DNA from: the human T2T-CHM13v2.0 reference genome, Homo sapiens
Length of the DNA stretch: 64,000 nt
NCBI RefSeq assembly: GCF_009914755.1
Contig: NC_060947.1
Strand: one strand, 5' to 3'
Position numbers and translations under genes: made by a program. The notes beneath the pieces are model-generated. The model saw nothing but the letters and a program-made list of their open reading frames with translations, had not been told where the DNA came from and did no database searches. This document shows positions 1 to 13,930 of the stretch, one piece after another; the first letter of the stretch is position 1; every line of letters begins with the position of its first letter.

Positions 1-386
1 GCTGTTATTTTGCACCTGGGGGGCTTTTGACCACGGTGCAGTCTGAAACCTGTAAAGGGAAGTGGGAGTGGAGGAAGATTGGATAGGAAGATCCTCAGGT
101 GTCATTGTGTCTCCGAGGAAGGTTCAGCCAGCCCAGGGGTCTCCAGTGCGAAAATCATTCATAGGGTAGCAACACAGAAGACAGAAATGAGCATACCCTA
201 CTGTTTGGTCACCATACTCCACCTTGGCTAGGAGCTCCCACAAGAAGAGTGTGACTTCCACATAAACACAGCAGCTGATCTTGAGGCATTGCAGCTGGAG
301 GCTACCAGCCAGCTGTAGTCCCTGAAGCTAGTAAATGACCTCTTTTCCAAAGGGAGCTTCTGGTGGCACATCTCCAAGGCTGCCAG
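1..386 (-). mobile_element. LTR16-family ERVL LTR fragment
   Basis: The right end (…ggcacatctccaaggctgcca) and the internal layout match the reverse complement of the LTR16 5' end as I recall it; old and diverged. Confidence 0.55.
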
Positions 387-624
387 TCACCTATGTTTCT
401 AAATCCATTCGAGTATCTGTATAGAGTCTGTTCCTGTGCTATAAATGCCAAGGATTGCCAGAGTTCGGTATTGCTACATTTCTGGGTGTTTGTTTCTCTA
501 CATTGTCTTACTTGAAGACTGTTCATGTGTGGTTTGTTTTATTTAAGAGTGTGTGGGAGGGGGGTAAAGACAAGCACAAAGGGCTTCATTGTAATTAAGC
601 TTGTTTAGTTGAAGGGACACTTAT

Positions 625-1304
<680 letters not shown>

Positions 1305-1323
1305 CTTATTCTGCCTATAATAC

Positions 1324-1691
1324 TGTCTTAGTCTGTTCAAACTGCTATAACAAAATACCATAAACTAGGTAGCTTATAAACAACAGAAATGTATTTTTTT
1401 TTTTTTTTTTGGAGCTTTGGAGGCTGGAAGTCCAAGATTAAGGAGCCAACAGATTTGGTGTCTGGTGAGGGCCTGTTGCTTGGTTCCGAGACAGCACTTT
1501 CTTGCTGTGTCCTCACATGGTAGATGGGGCAAGAGAGCTCTCTGAGGTCCCTTTTATAAGGACATTCATGCCATTTGTGAGGCCCAATCCTCATTACCTC
1601 ATCACCTCCCAAAGACCCCATCACCTTGGTAGTGAGGATTTCAACATAGGAATTTAGAAGGAGTAGGGACACAAACATTCAGACCATAGCA
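1324..1691 (-). mobile_element. MLT1A-type MaLR solo LTR
   Basis: TGTCTTAGTCTGTT…GGAGGCTGGAAGTCCAAGAT…ACATTCAGACCATAGCA is the typical MLT1A reverse complement. Confidence 0.85.
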
Positions 1692-2216
1692 AACAGGGAT
1701 TATATTATGAGTTCTAATAGTAGTAGTAATGATAGTAGTATGGTAATTACAGTGGTAAAAGGAAGGAGAAAGAGTGGAGGAAGAGTAGTAATAGCACTAA
1801 TAGCAGTGATTGTTAATATTTATTGGACATAGTACAAAGACATTTCATGTAATACCTCATGAAATACTGGCATCACTGTGAAGCAAGGATTAATATTATT
1901 GTGACTTTAGAGATAATGTTTAGGTTAAATGACTTGAACCAATCTATTGAGCTAATAAAGAGACAGAAGTAGAATTCAAACCCATACAGGAAGAGGGCCA
2001 GGCACCTTCTCTTATCTGCCACCATTTAGAATCAAGACATGGGCTTGATTATTCCATTTGCTCTTTGTATAACTTAAATCTGTATATTTACACTTTGTAA
2101 GCAATGATTTCCTCTCCTACAAAAAATTGATAATAATAAACCAACCTGACTTTCTCACAGGGTTAAGGTTAGAACTTAAAAAAAAAAAAAGGATGACACT
2201 GAGAAAGTGTTTTTGC

Positions 2217-2273
2217 AAACTGCAAACCACTTTTGCAGTAAACTGCAAGCCACTTTTGCAGTAAACTGCAAAC
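2217..2273. repeat. 23-bp tandem repeat (~2.5 copies) with self-complementary units
   Basis: AAACTGCAAACCACTTTTGCAGT / AAACTGCAAGCCACTTTTGCAGT / AAACTGCAAAC. Confidence 0.9.
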
Positions 2274-2571
2274 TCTTCCTAAATGAATATTGGTTATTAT
2301 CTTACTGGTATTCAGTAGTTATGTGTTCTAGATATGAGAATAGTTTGCAGTTACACAACTTTGCCAATAGCAAGTGCCATAAATTTATGCTCAGAAATTA
2401 TGATCCCTGAATTTGAAAGCCAGAAAAGGTTTTAGAGATGATCCAGTTCAGTGTGTGTGTGTGTGTGCATGTATTCTCCCAAGATGATTCTAATGTATAG
2501 TCGGGGGACAAAAATGACTGAATTGGACCAACACACTTCTTTCTGATAATTACGATAACTGTATATTTACC

Positions 2572-2676
2572 TAGGGCAGTTACAGTTGACACTTGTTGCT
2601 CAGTGTCCCATCTGATGGTCCTGCCCTCTTTCACTCTCAGGTGTCACAGTTTGGATGATAAATTGTGTAGTCCCTC
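2572..2676 (-). mobile_element. MER94-like hAT-Blackjack DNA transposon relic
   Basis: TAGGG start; CTTTCACTCTCA…GTTTGGATGATAAATT resembles the MER94 consensus as recalled. Confidence 0.5.
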
Positions 2677-4657
2677 TGCTGATAAGGAACTGAGACTTAG
2701 AGAAGCTGTTTCCCTTCTAAAAAGGAACTAAATATAGTGTCTGACCTGGGCTTTCAGAGACTCCCTTGGAGTCATGTTGAACACCATGTGGGTATGCAGG
2801 CTGCTTCTTGGTATTCTTAAAGTGAGAGAACTTCTTAATTTTTCTGTGACAATAAAACTGTTAAAAATAGAAATATGCTGTGTTTCCCTGTCACTCAACT
2901 AAGTAATGCAATACTGAGGTCTGTTATCTGACCCAATTCCTTTATGAGGACATTTGATTATTGCTTACAGTTGCTGGAAAAATCTTCTCATGCATGCCAT
3001 CAATTGTTCTTTAGGAAATTCTGTTTAGAAAACAAATCAAGAGCTTTATCAACTGCCTTGACACTGGTTTTCTGAATATCATCATGCATAGCAATGTGGA
3101 TCCTGCTGTATGTGACATGTCTAATGATGACATTTAATGAAACCTCTAATCAAAAGACTTGAACACGCAATTTGGACGTGGTGATGCAGTCTTCTTGGTT
3201 GAGATTTTGCAGCCAATGTCAAATTTAATTTTAGCATTTAGGTCATCATAATCCATTATGTGCATTTCTCAGAATAATGAAGATACTTTTAAGCTAGTAT
3301 AAAGGAAGTTTGTATTCTGTTCGCATCAAAATCTATTGATATGGGCACATTTCTAGAGTAATAGTTAAGTGTTTCTTTTCATCATTGGGCATATTGTTCC
3401 AGTTTGACCCAATCAGAAATGTAGATCTTGAAAAGTGAAGGTTTGCCTCCAGAGGTGTTGCCATTGAAACCCATCAGAATGAAACTAAGGACAGAATAAG
3501 TTCTTTTCATCCAGCATTAATGACTTCACCTACTTGGGGAATCCAGGGATTGTATGATATTCCAAGGATCCAATGTGCATCACCCTGGTGGAGACTAGAG
3601 TATTCACCCGTCTTGCTCATCGACGATTGTGGGTGAAAGTCAGAAACTGATTGAGTAGCAGAGATTCTTTCTATTACAAAGTCTCAAGAAAGCCTTTGCA
3701 AACTACGCTGGGACTTCCTTTGATGTAAACAGTTCCATAGCCTCACTGTGAATGTTGGGAACTGTGTTATAGCTGTGCATATATGGCCCCTCAACAAACT
3801 CTTGTTATTTGCCAAGTGTATTTTCTAACATTGAGATTTAGAGTCTGGGAAATCTATATTCTTATAATTACCTAATTTAAAAAAGAAAGATCAACAGATT
3901 TCCCTAGACACAGAGGAAATGGGACACTTGAAAGTGTTTTTCCTGGTTCATTCAAGCCTTGTTGAGTGCTTCTTCTCTGTATTCCTAGTGCAGTATGCAC
4001 ATCCCTTTATCGTGATTCATAGCACATTGTACTGTAATTATTTGTTTGTGAGTCTTTCTCTATTACTAGACTGGAGAGCAGAAATCAGGTCAGACGTATT
4101 TGCATCCCCCGCACTTAGCAACAAAATTGGAACACAATGGATATTCAAAAACTTTGAGTGAATTAATAACTGCCCACAAAATGAAGAGCACCTTGAGTAT
4201 CCAGTCAAGCCGTGTGACCTCGGAGTCCTTCCACACACACTCAGGGAGCTATAATATTTAAGCTGAAGCCAGAATGGTAAAATGAAATTTCCTATGAATG
4301 AGACAGTTAAACTCACTCAATGTCTAGAGAGAATCACCATCTTACTATACCTGCTTGGAAGAGCAAGGGAAGTAAGAAAGGCTTACCAAAATCTGTTTTT
4401 GCTCAAATGGAACAATTTAATTTAATAACTCTTCTGAGGATGCTGAAACAGTCATGCCCATCAAAATTCATTTTGAGTTAATCCAATCTGTGTGGAATGT
4501 CTTTCAACCTGGAAATGCCCAAAGCTTCATTGATACCCTTTCTAGAACAATGTTATTATGAGATCAACCGAGGATGACCTAATGGGAAGATTTTAAGAAA
4601 GCCTAGAAAATTCTGACTCACTATGTGAGTGAAAATCACTGCACATATCAGAAACAA

Positions 4658-4957
4658 GGCTGGACACAGTGGCTCGCACCTATAATCCCAACACTTGGAA
4701 GCTGAGGCAGGCGGATTGCTTGAGCCCAGGAGTTTGAGACCAGCTTGAGCAACATGATGAAAGCCTGTCTCTACCAAGAAAAAAATACAAACATTGGCCA
4801 GGCTGTGGTGGCACGAGCCTGTAGTCCCAGCTACTCAGGAGGGTGAGGTGGGAGGATTGCTTGAACCCGGGAGGGGAGGCAGAGGTTGCAGTGACCGAAG
4901 ACGACACCACTGCAGTCTATCCTGACGGAGTGAGACCGGTCTCTGTCTCAAAAAAAG
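4658..4957 (+). mobile_element. AluJ element
   Basis: GGCTGGACACAGTGGCTC…; J-type GGATTGCTTGAGCCCAGGAG; A tail; TSD AGAAACAA on both sides. Confidence 0.92.
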
Positions 4958-7900
4958 AAACAAAAGTGAGTTACTAATCCTACTATCACCTGCCTCATCA
5001 GTGACAGCCCTTTCTAAAGAGGTGGTTCAGCTGTCAACTCCAAAATGTAAGAGCTCTGAGTCTGTTAGACTTTCCATGTGTTTTTCTTACATAAAGGTGC
5101 CACCTTTGAGCCACTGCATCCCCTACATGGTAAAGAAAAAATTTAAAAAAGTATAGAGAGTTGGATTCCTGAACAGAAAGCTGCTTTTTGTAATGTCAAG
5201 CAGTTACTGATTTCCAAGCGTGTATTCAAGAGTATAAACCAGCTGGCTGAGTTCAGTTGTGCCTATCCATAAAATGCCAGATGGCCCCGAGACACCAGTT
5301 TTGCTTACTAATCAAAAGCGATGTCATGTATATACCAGTATAATGTGTAGGTTGATAAAGTTATGCAATTCTCGTGGGAGTAGGGGAGTTTTATAACCGA
5401 ACCAGTTTCTACACCTTCACAATTTGTAATGTTTACAGGCTGCTTTGGGAATTTTTCTCCAAGTATAAATCAATCCCTTTAATCTCGTTACCATCTATAC
5501 ATCACTGAGGTATTTTGCTCTGTGCTTTTGCCAGTTTGCAGGATGATGGGAACTCTTCCTTCTGGATGCCAAACCAGCATATGTAAGGAGCTGCTGGGCA
5601 ACCTCAGACTACTGGAAGCCCCCTCACAGTCTCTAATCCCCGACCCACCAACATTACAAAATAACAGGGATTTGGAACTGTATTGCTGTCCAGAAAACAG
5701 ATTTAGAGAAAAATTTCCCTGAAATTAGCCCTAGCAGAGGTGGCAGAGTTGACTAATTCATCTCTCCTTTCTTCGAGTGTCCTTTGTTTGCCTGTTTGCT
5801 TGGGAAGGGTAGTTGATGTTTACTGCTAACCACTATCTGCCTTAAAGAAATCCTGCAAAATAATTAACTTCACAATTTACTGATGACAGAAACTATTTCA
5901 TGTGACTTGGATAAAAGTGATTATGTTTCTGTTTTTCTAAAAACACAGGAGAGATGTTAAATTATAATAACCTTGGACAGCAGTATTACTTTTAACAGGA
6001 ATATATTATACATAAGCTGCAGTGAAAGAATAATTACCTCATATGTTCATATGAATATTGTTTGTCTCATTTCTATGTGTCAGTTCTTCATTTTTTTAAT
6101 CTAATGAAATCAGGTATTTTAGAACTAGGAGACAGTAGTTCTAATTTTCAGGACAGACATTTCTGAAGATTATGAAAAAAATAATATTTTTGTCTTTTTC
6201 ATAAGCAATTGAATTACTTTTCCCAGGAATAAAACCTTTTTTCCATAAAATCTGCACCCTATAGTCGTGATAGTATTAATTCCAGTTTTCAAAATGATGA
6301 GGAAATCAGCATACTCAATTAATTTCTAAAGGTGTTACTATTAGAACTTTCTGCCACTGTATTAATTCTAACTGTGTGAACTCTTTCTGCAGTGGAGGTT
6401 AGCTTCCATTTTTAAAATAGCTCGATAAGAGATCTAGGGTGAATGCAAGACCCAGAAATCCATTTATATTTTCAGCCTTTTAATATAGTTGTAGTAGAGA
6501 GATGCAGCTTCTCAGTCCTGGAGAACTAACTGTAAATGACCCAGAATACTTGTGTCTGTGTCTGCTTCATGCTCTTTCTTGCAATAATCATGAATATCCT
6601 TTTGTATTTTATAGACCTGCCTGCTCTGCTTAGTTTAAGTTTTCAGACAGTGCCTAATAAAACTTTTTGCAGTATTTGGTGACTCACTGGGGCTACTGGC
6701 TTGTCCTTGTCCAAACTGTCAGGAAACCATCAGTGCCTCTTCAGATCAGAGTGTTTCTGCCCATACTCCATGCAGGTGATGGCAGTTCCTGTCTGAGGTG
6801 GAGTCTGACTGGATTGCCACCCTTGTCTGGGCAGGTGATCTATCTGCTCTGAAATCTCATGAAGCCCAACATCCTAAGGAGAGCAAAATTCTGTAACTGC
6901 AAACACAGCTTCTTATCTCTCAAATATATCCAGATATTTATGTTAAGCTGCAAGGAATCTCCATCAGTTAAAACTAGCAATTACATTCCAATGTAACATG
7001 ACTGATGATTTCAAGAGATTAGGGCCTTACTTGATTGCATCTAAATGCAACTTAATTCTCTTCTTGTTCAAATATCCTGTGTTCTCTATCTTGGTTTATT
7101 GCATAGTTCCTTTGCAGAAATTCTGACTCAAAGCCCTTATTTAATGTGTTATTTTGTGAAGCCACTCTGTATCCTAGGTCCAGACCCCTTTCTGTATGCT
7201 GGCATAGGGCAGTTATCTACAAGATGCCCTACCTTGCAGGCACTTATTTGAACTGATACTCCAGAATCCACTAGAACCCATATTTCTCTCTTTTTATCCA
7301 AATGTGTGGAGTTTTAATAATTTTCTAAGTACCCACTATGTGGCAGGTATACACACTAGACAGCATTTTATCATTTAATCTACCCAAGAGCCTGAGTGAA
7401 AGATGGGCAGTCATTTGATCCCCATTTTAAGATCAGACACTTAAAGTTTACTGAAGTTAAATTAATTTCTTAAGGTGACATAGCTAGTGATTCGACCAAC
7501 CAGAATCAAAGATCTGTATGATTCCAAAGTCAATACCCTTCACATCCACGATGTCTCCTGGTTAAGAGCTTTGCTTCCATCACTTACTTTCTACCAGGTC
7601 TAATGAGGTCTGATTGGCTGGGGCACCCGGCCACATTTTCAGCAGCAGCACCCAGTGCCTCTCTCTCTGAGTGTCCTACGTTTCAGTCAGGGTTGTGTTC
7701 TTTCATGCATTCCTTATATGCACACACAGCTCCCTGTGTTTTTCTGCCAGTTTCCCTCTGCCCTGACCATTTTGCTAACTCCTCCTCACCTGCATCACCC
7801 ACTTAAGCATTACGTACTGTCTATGACTTTCTTGACTTCCCTCCTGGCTTCATCATTCTAAGCTCTGTGGCATCCCTCCATATATTGAATTGTGGTGACT

Positions 7901-8845
7901 TCGGGTGTGTATCTCTCTGTTCTACTATGAATTCCTTAAAAACAGTATCAGGTTTTAATCATCTTTGTGTTCTCAAGATCTCATACAGTGGTAAGACCAT
8001 AATAATGATGGAATATATACTTACTTATTTCATTTGAATTAACATTTCCTGCCACTTTGCTCCTACAGCCCTGTTCTGACTCTGATTTTTAGTCACATTA
8101 CCACAGGATCTTACCAGCTAGGAGCATGCTTCCACTATATCTTCTCCACTCTCTTAAAATGGACCCATCAACATCTCATCCCTTCTGGCGTGGGGTGTGG
8201 GCATGTTGTGAACAATCTGACCTCAAACTCTTGTTCATCTGATTTTCCTTGTCTAGAAACTCTTGTCCTCCTGCTTCACCCACCTCCATCAAATTCCACA
8301 TGTCCTACTTTTACATCCATGTCTACCTTGACCTCATGTTTGCCTTGTGCTTCCCTTGAATGGTTCTCAGTGATGCTTATGACTGCATGGTTAGTTTACT
8401 TGCATGGATGTAAGGCCTTATTATACTTGACTTTCTGCTTTCCCAGAGGGATACAGGAGCTTTAAGAACAGAAACACCTGTGTGTTTTTCACCTCTTGGT
8501 GGAAGTCTTTATGAGGAATAATTATATTCCCCATGCCACTCCTCAATAAGTCCCAATAACTGTGTATTCAGCACCTGATGAGTTATTGTCAGATCTCTAT
8601 AATTCATCCTCTCTCCTTCTCTCCATCTCTGAGTCTCTTTCTCTTCATCTCTGTATATCTCTGTCTCCCCTTCTGTCTCTTTATCTCTCTTCCCCCATTC
8701 ATTCTTCTCTGTTTCTTCATTTTTCATTTTAAATGTTGATCTTACACCTTCAAGTTAAGAGAAATGAGGAGGAGGAGGAGCAGGAGGCATTGCTGAGCAC
8801 TTGTGAGAAGAGCTCCTTTTTTATGCCCCTCCCTGACTCTAGCAC

Positions 8846-9356
8846 TGCTGAGACCAGCTCGGCTGGGGAGACCCTAACCCAGCGGCACTAGAGGAATTAA
8901 AGACACACACACAGAAATATAGAGGTGTGAAGTGGGAAATCAGAGGTCTCACAGCCTTCAGAGCTGAGAGCCCCGAACAGAGATTTACCCACTTATTAAC
9001 AGCAAACCAGTCATTAGCATCGTTTCTATAGATGTTAAATTAACTAAAAGTATCCCTTATGGGAAACGAAGGGATGGACCGAATTAAAGGAATAGGTTGG
9101 GCTAGTTAACTGCAGCAGGAACATGTCCTTAAGGCACAGATTGCTCATGCTATTGTTTGTGGCTTAAGAATGCCTTTAAGCAGTTTTCCCCACCCTGGGT
9201 GGACCAGGTGTTCCTTGCCCTCATTCCTGTAAACCCACAACCTTCCAGCTTGGGTGTTAGGGCCATTATGAACATGTTATGGTGCTGCAGAGATTTTGTT
9301 TATGGCCAGTTTTGGGGCCAGTTTATGGCCAGATTTTGGGGGTCTTGCTCCCAACA
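8846..9356 (-). mobile_element. MER9 (HERV-K HML-3) solo LTR
   Basis: Reverse complement starts TGTTGGGAGCAAG and ends GGTCTCAGCA; 6-bp TSD TAGCAC at 8840-8845 and 9357-9362. Confidence 0.92.
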
Positions 9357-9494
9357 TAGCACTATCTCTCTTCACCTGCCACCCTCCCATATGTCAAGTG
9401 CCTAATCAACCTATATTCTCAATTTGCAAGGATCATAAGTTTTCTTGTGCCTCTCTGCCTTTGCACAAACTCTTCACCTCACTGAGTATGCCCT

Positions 9495-9858
9495 CATATT
9501 AGTCTGTTCTCACATTTCTGATAAAGACATACCTGAGACTGGTAATTTATAAAGAAAAAGACATTTAATTGACTCACACACAGTTCCATGTGGCTGGGGA
9601 GGCCTCACAATCATGATGGAAGGTGAAAGGCATGTCTTACATGGTGGCAGGCAAGAGAGAATAAGACCCAAGTGAAAGAGAAACCCCTTATAAAACCATC
9701 AGATCTGATGAGACTTATTCACTACCACGAGAACAGTATGGAGGAAACTGCCCCCATGATTCAGTTATCTCCCACTGGGTCCCTCCTACAACATGTGGGA
9801 ATTATCGGAGCTACAATTCAAGATGTGATTTGGATGGGGATCCAGTCAAAGCATATCA
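9495..9858 (-). mobile_element. THE1 (THE1B-like) MaLR solo LTR
   Basis: ATTAGTCTGTTCTCAC…GGCTGGGGAGGCCTCACAATCATG…CATATCA. Confidence 0.88.
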
Positions 9859-10749
9859 CTCTCCCTTCTCCCCTGTGTTGTTTGTTTGCCTGGAATCTCC
9901 CTACTGGTCCTTTGGACCAGCGAAATTTCTCTTTATTTGAGTTGGCATTTCAACTTATGTCCTTCCTACATAAGGGAGAAATAGAAGTCTTCTTGATACT
10001 CTATTATAATGCTTATCAATTGGTTCATTACTGGTTATTTTCATATACATGATATTTATGTAAGTCACTGCTGATTTACATACATGAACCTGCCCAGATT
10101 TTGGATTTTATCTTGTTCCTCCTTGTGTCTTAATAGTATGCAGTGTACCTGGTACATCCTAACCACAAAATAATGACTGAAAGCACTTCCACTGCAGGCA
10201 GACTTCAGGGACTTGACTATGTATTCAGCCTTGGGCTTCCTTTGATTCAAAAGAAGGGGACTTTCCTTCATGAACAATAAGCACAGACATTAGTATCAAT
10301 AATTTTTATTTTAATAATTGAGTTGATTATTTTTAAAATACATCCTATTTTTATAAGCTTGTCATATCTTGTAAACAAGCTAGTGGCTCTCATCCAGACT
10401 ATCATGAGAGCACTGCTAATTTTCTTTAGGTGTGCTTTGAAAGCATTTCATTAGGATGGAGTTATACTGCTCTTTCAAAAGCAAGTATTATGAATGTGGA
10501 GTGCTGTGGAGGGTCCTGTTCTGAGGAGTTTCAGAGGGCCATGGTTTAGTGGAATCAGATTAGGCTAGTTTTGGGGCATCTGAAGTTGGAATCTCAGTTT
10601 TGTCTTTAACCTGATGTATAACCTGGTCATGTCCCTTGAATGTATAGTTCCCTCGTTTGTATAATATACTATCTCATGCCAGAATTTTACAAGAAATAAT
10701 TTGAAAATGCTTAAGCATAAAGCAGAATAGAAACATAAGGGTTTAATAT

Positions 10750-10837
10750 TGGGAGGCGGAGGTTGCAGTGAGCCAAGATCATGCCACTGCACTGCAGCCT
10801 GGGCAACAGAGCAAGACTCCGTCTCAAAACAAAACAA
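10750..10837 (+). mobile_element. Severely 5'-truncated Alu (3' end of right arm only)
   Basis: GGGAGGCGGAGGTTGCAGTGAGC…GTCTC plus A-rich tail; ~20-bp TSD AGAAACATAAG(G/A)GTTTAATA on both sides. Confidence 0.9.
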
Positions 10838-10944
10838 AGAAACATAAGAGTTTAATAATATTGAGTTACTTAAATTTATTTCACTGTATTTTCCTATATA
10901 TATATATATATATACCTCTTCTTATTATTATTGTGATCTTATTT

Positions 10945-11148
10945 TTGTTTCTTCTTCCTATTTCTTTTCACCACCTCCTCCTCTTCCCTTTTTTCTCTTC
11001 CTCTTCTCCTTCTTCTTTCTCTCTTCCTCCTTCTTCTCCTTGTCCTTCTCTTATTTCTTTTTCTTTCTTTCCTCTTCTTCCTACTTCTCTTCTCCATCTT
11101 CTTTTTTTTCTCCTTTTCCTTCTCCTCCTCCTCTTCCTCCTCCTCTTG
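10945..11148. repeat. Polypyrimidine (CTT/CCT) low-complexity tract
   Basis: About 200 bp of almost exclusively C and T on the + strand. Confidence 0.95.
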
Positions 11149-13559
11149 TCATTTAAGGTGATGCCTTCTATTGACCTGTGCTCCCTTGGATAGGAGGTTT
11201 TTGTTCGACAGCTCAGTAGGATGCTCCCTGCAGTGAAGAACTTCAGGAATTTTTGTTTGAATACATTTTTCTCTAGAAAGGAAAAACAAAAGATAGAAGG
11301 CAAACAGTATTGATGGGGCAACTGTACGTCCCAGACACTGTTCCTGCTGCTTTCCACAGTGATTCATTCGATTCTGTCAATAGTCCTTACGGTAGACACA
11401 ACCAGTTTCCTTTTATAGGAAGTTATATAACCAGCCAGTGATGGGACAGGGTTTCCCCTATGCCTGTAAAACCAATAGCCTGTGCAAAAGACTTTAATAC
11501 ATGCCTTTGATACACTTAACCATAGAGAGGTACTCAGAGAGTAGTTTGGGGGTCCTAGTTAAAGAAAACAAAATAAGACAGAACTCAGTCTGCACTTCTA
11601 ACATCTGTACTTGGGATCTATACCAATATATGTCCTAGACGCACCCCTGGCTCTGCTGTATAATATTGGGTCCCAGTAATTTGTTCTGGCTCTCCATGTT
11701 GCCACCCCTGATAAGCTTAGTATTTAGTTAAAAGAAAATTCCTACTGAGAAAAGTATTACTGACAGTGGGTCTACTATTTTGTGTTCTTTCATTTCTAAT
11801 ATCTTTGTTTTATTTTGACTATTTTCATGTGAAATATTCTTCTAAAGTAAAATATTTAATTTCCTTGAAGATAATTCTTTACAAGGAAATGCTGTTTTCT
11901 TTGGGGCCTTTTTTCTATTACTTTACCTTGCTGTTGCTTTGTAATTTATTTACAGTTCTGTTCTTTGTTTGAGAACATTGCTTTGCCATATGTTTATGAC
12001 TTTGTTTTTCCTGCAGATGGCTTTTTTCCCTTCTGTTTAATTTCTCTGAGACAGTCGTGTCCTATATATTTTCACATGCACCTCATTGTTTTTTCATGGC
12101 ACTTCATAAACCATGATTCATGTCACACTGAGCAGAATCACTACATGAATTTTCTAAATCTGTTACTTGCATCACAAATGTGTGTATCCACTTGGGAATT
12201 CTGTGGAATGTCTGATATTGATAAGGTTGGTTGACACTTCAACAACACTGCTTTTCAATTTTTTTCCCTAAATGTTTACAAAAACTCATAAAAAACAATC
12301 ATGCATAGCATAATATATTTTTATTTTTCTCCTTAAAAAGATTGTCTCGTCTATTGGATGTGACATGTACCCTCGTGAGTCAGTTCCCTACGTTTAGGTC
12401 TTCTACAGCATTTGTTTTGAAAACAAAATCTACAGATTTTCAAAGATACTTAGTTGGGAAATAAAGCAGAGATATTGTGAAAATATGAGGATTTTAGCTA
12501 TTGCAGATACTCAGCTACAAAGAGTAGTGGTTCTAAATTTTACCACTTTGCTGATGCCCTGTTTTTCTCTGACTTCAAACTTTGTCCGTGCACCTCATTC
12601 TTCCCTAAGGGCAGTCAATAAAGTGGGCAACTTTGAAAAAGTATTTGCTTTTCAGCTAGGAGATGGGAAATACACACACATGCACATGCATGCACATATA
12701 CATATACATGCACATATGCACACACATATCCACAGATGAATGTGTCTGTGTATATACAAACATATATGTAGGATGGTAATGCATGGTTTGGCTGCAACTT
12801 GACTAATTTAGTTGACAGTAGGATCTGTGCAGAAGCGAAGAGGAACAGAAGAGCAGAAAAGTGAAGAAGCCTCTATCATCCCAGTTTTTGGCTAATTTGA
12901 GGGCAGGACCGAGCATGAACCTAGGGTGTGGGGCAGTGGGTAAAAGGGCTTTTTGGTAGCCACAGTGGATAGAAGTTGCCATTGAAGTTTAGAGATTTCT
13001 ATCAAGGTTTAGGCAGTAGAATAGAAATCAAGTCCCTCTGGGAGGTGGGAAGAATGCTAGCAGGATGAGTCCCCATGGTTTCCTTGCCAGAGCCATCTAG
13101 CCTGAAATTTGGGCTTATTTCCTATTTCCAATAAGGAACTAAGTTGGAAAGCAGAAATTAAGGCAGAGCACGGCAGGAGGACCCAATTGTAAGTGGCCCA
13201 TAGCTCAGCAGTTTCTGAACTTTCTTGCTATCAAGGCAATGCATGTTCACTGAGAAAAACACATTTCTAAACAGATAATGAAATGGAAAATAACACTCAA
13301 GTAATTATCAAGATTTACATTCAAGTTTTATTTTTTCATTTATTAGAGACAAGTGGACATTTTCTCTTTGGGGTAATTTATAGATGTGCCATGTCAGAAA
13401 ATCAGGGTTGTGTACCATTGAGGGAGAGCTACAGGATGCGGATGGACTCAGACCAGGGGACCAGCGCAACATCAGCTAAAGTGTTTGGACTGGGCTTGTG
13501 AGCAGCAGGAGACATGTCACATGCATGAGGAAGGTGGGGATGAGGAGAGCTGAACTGGT

Positions 13560-13930
13560 AAAATGTTAATTGTGTGTGGAGGTGTCAAGGATTGTGTGAA
13601 GCAAAAGTACAGGGAGCTGACAAGTTAGCTGGTAGTTTGGGTCAGGGAGAGTTAAGAGCACCTGAACTAGAAAGGTGAAGGTGGACATGAAGAGAAGAGA
13701 AGGATTTGAGAGCTCTCAGGAAGTAGAATGCAGGTAACGTGGCACCTGATGAGAGCTGTTGGGTGAAGAAGGACAGACATTGCGAGAAATGAAGTTCTGT
13801 GTCCCATTGACCAAAATGAGTGGAAGCTGACAGTTCTCACATGGATTTGGCTGGGAGGCAATCATAGGCCTCAGTGTTGGACATTCAGGGGAATGGAGAA
13901 GACATGGGAATAGGCTGTGGCAGGCTAAGG
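13560..13930 (-). mobile_element. L2 LINE fragment (old)
   Basis: Purine-rich stretch resembling the reverse complement of L2 ORF2; boundaries approximate. Confidence 0.45.

Noticed and set aside
10768-11357. 141-aa and 129-aa ORFs
   Set aside because: They are produced by an Alu tail plus the CT low-complexity tract.
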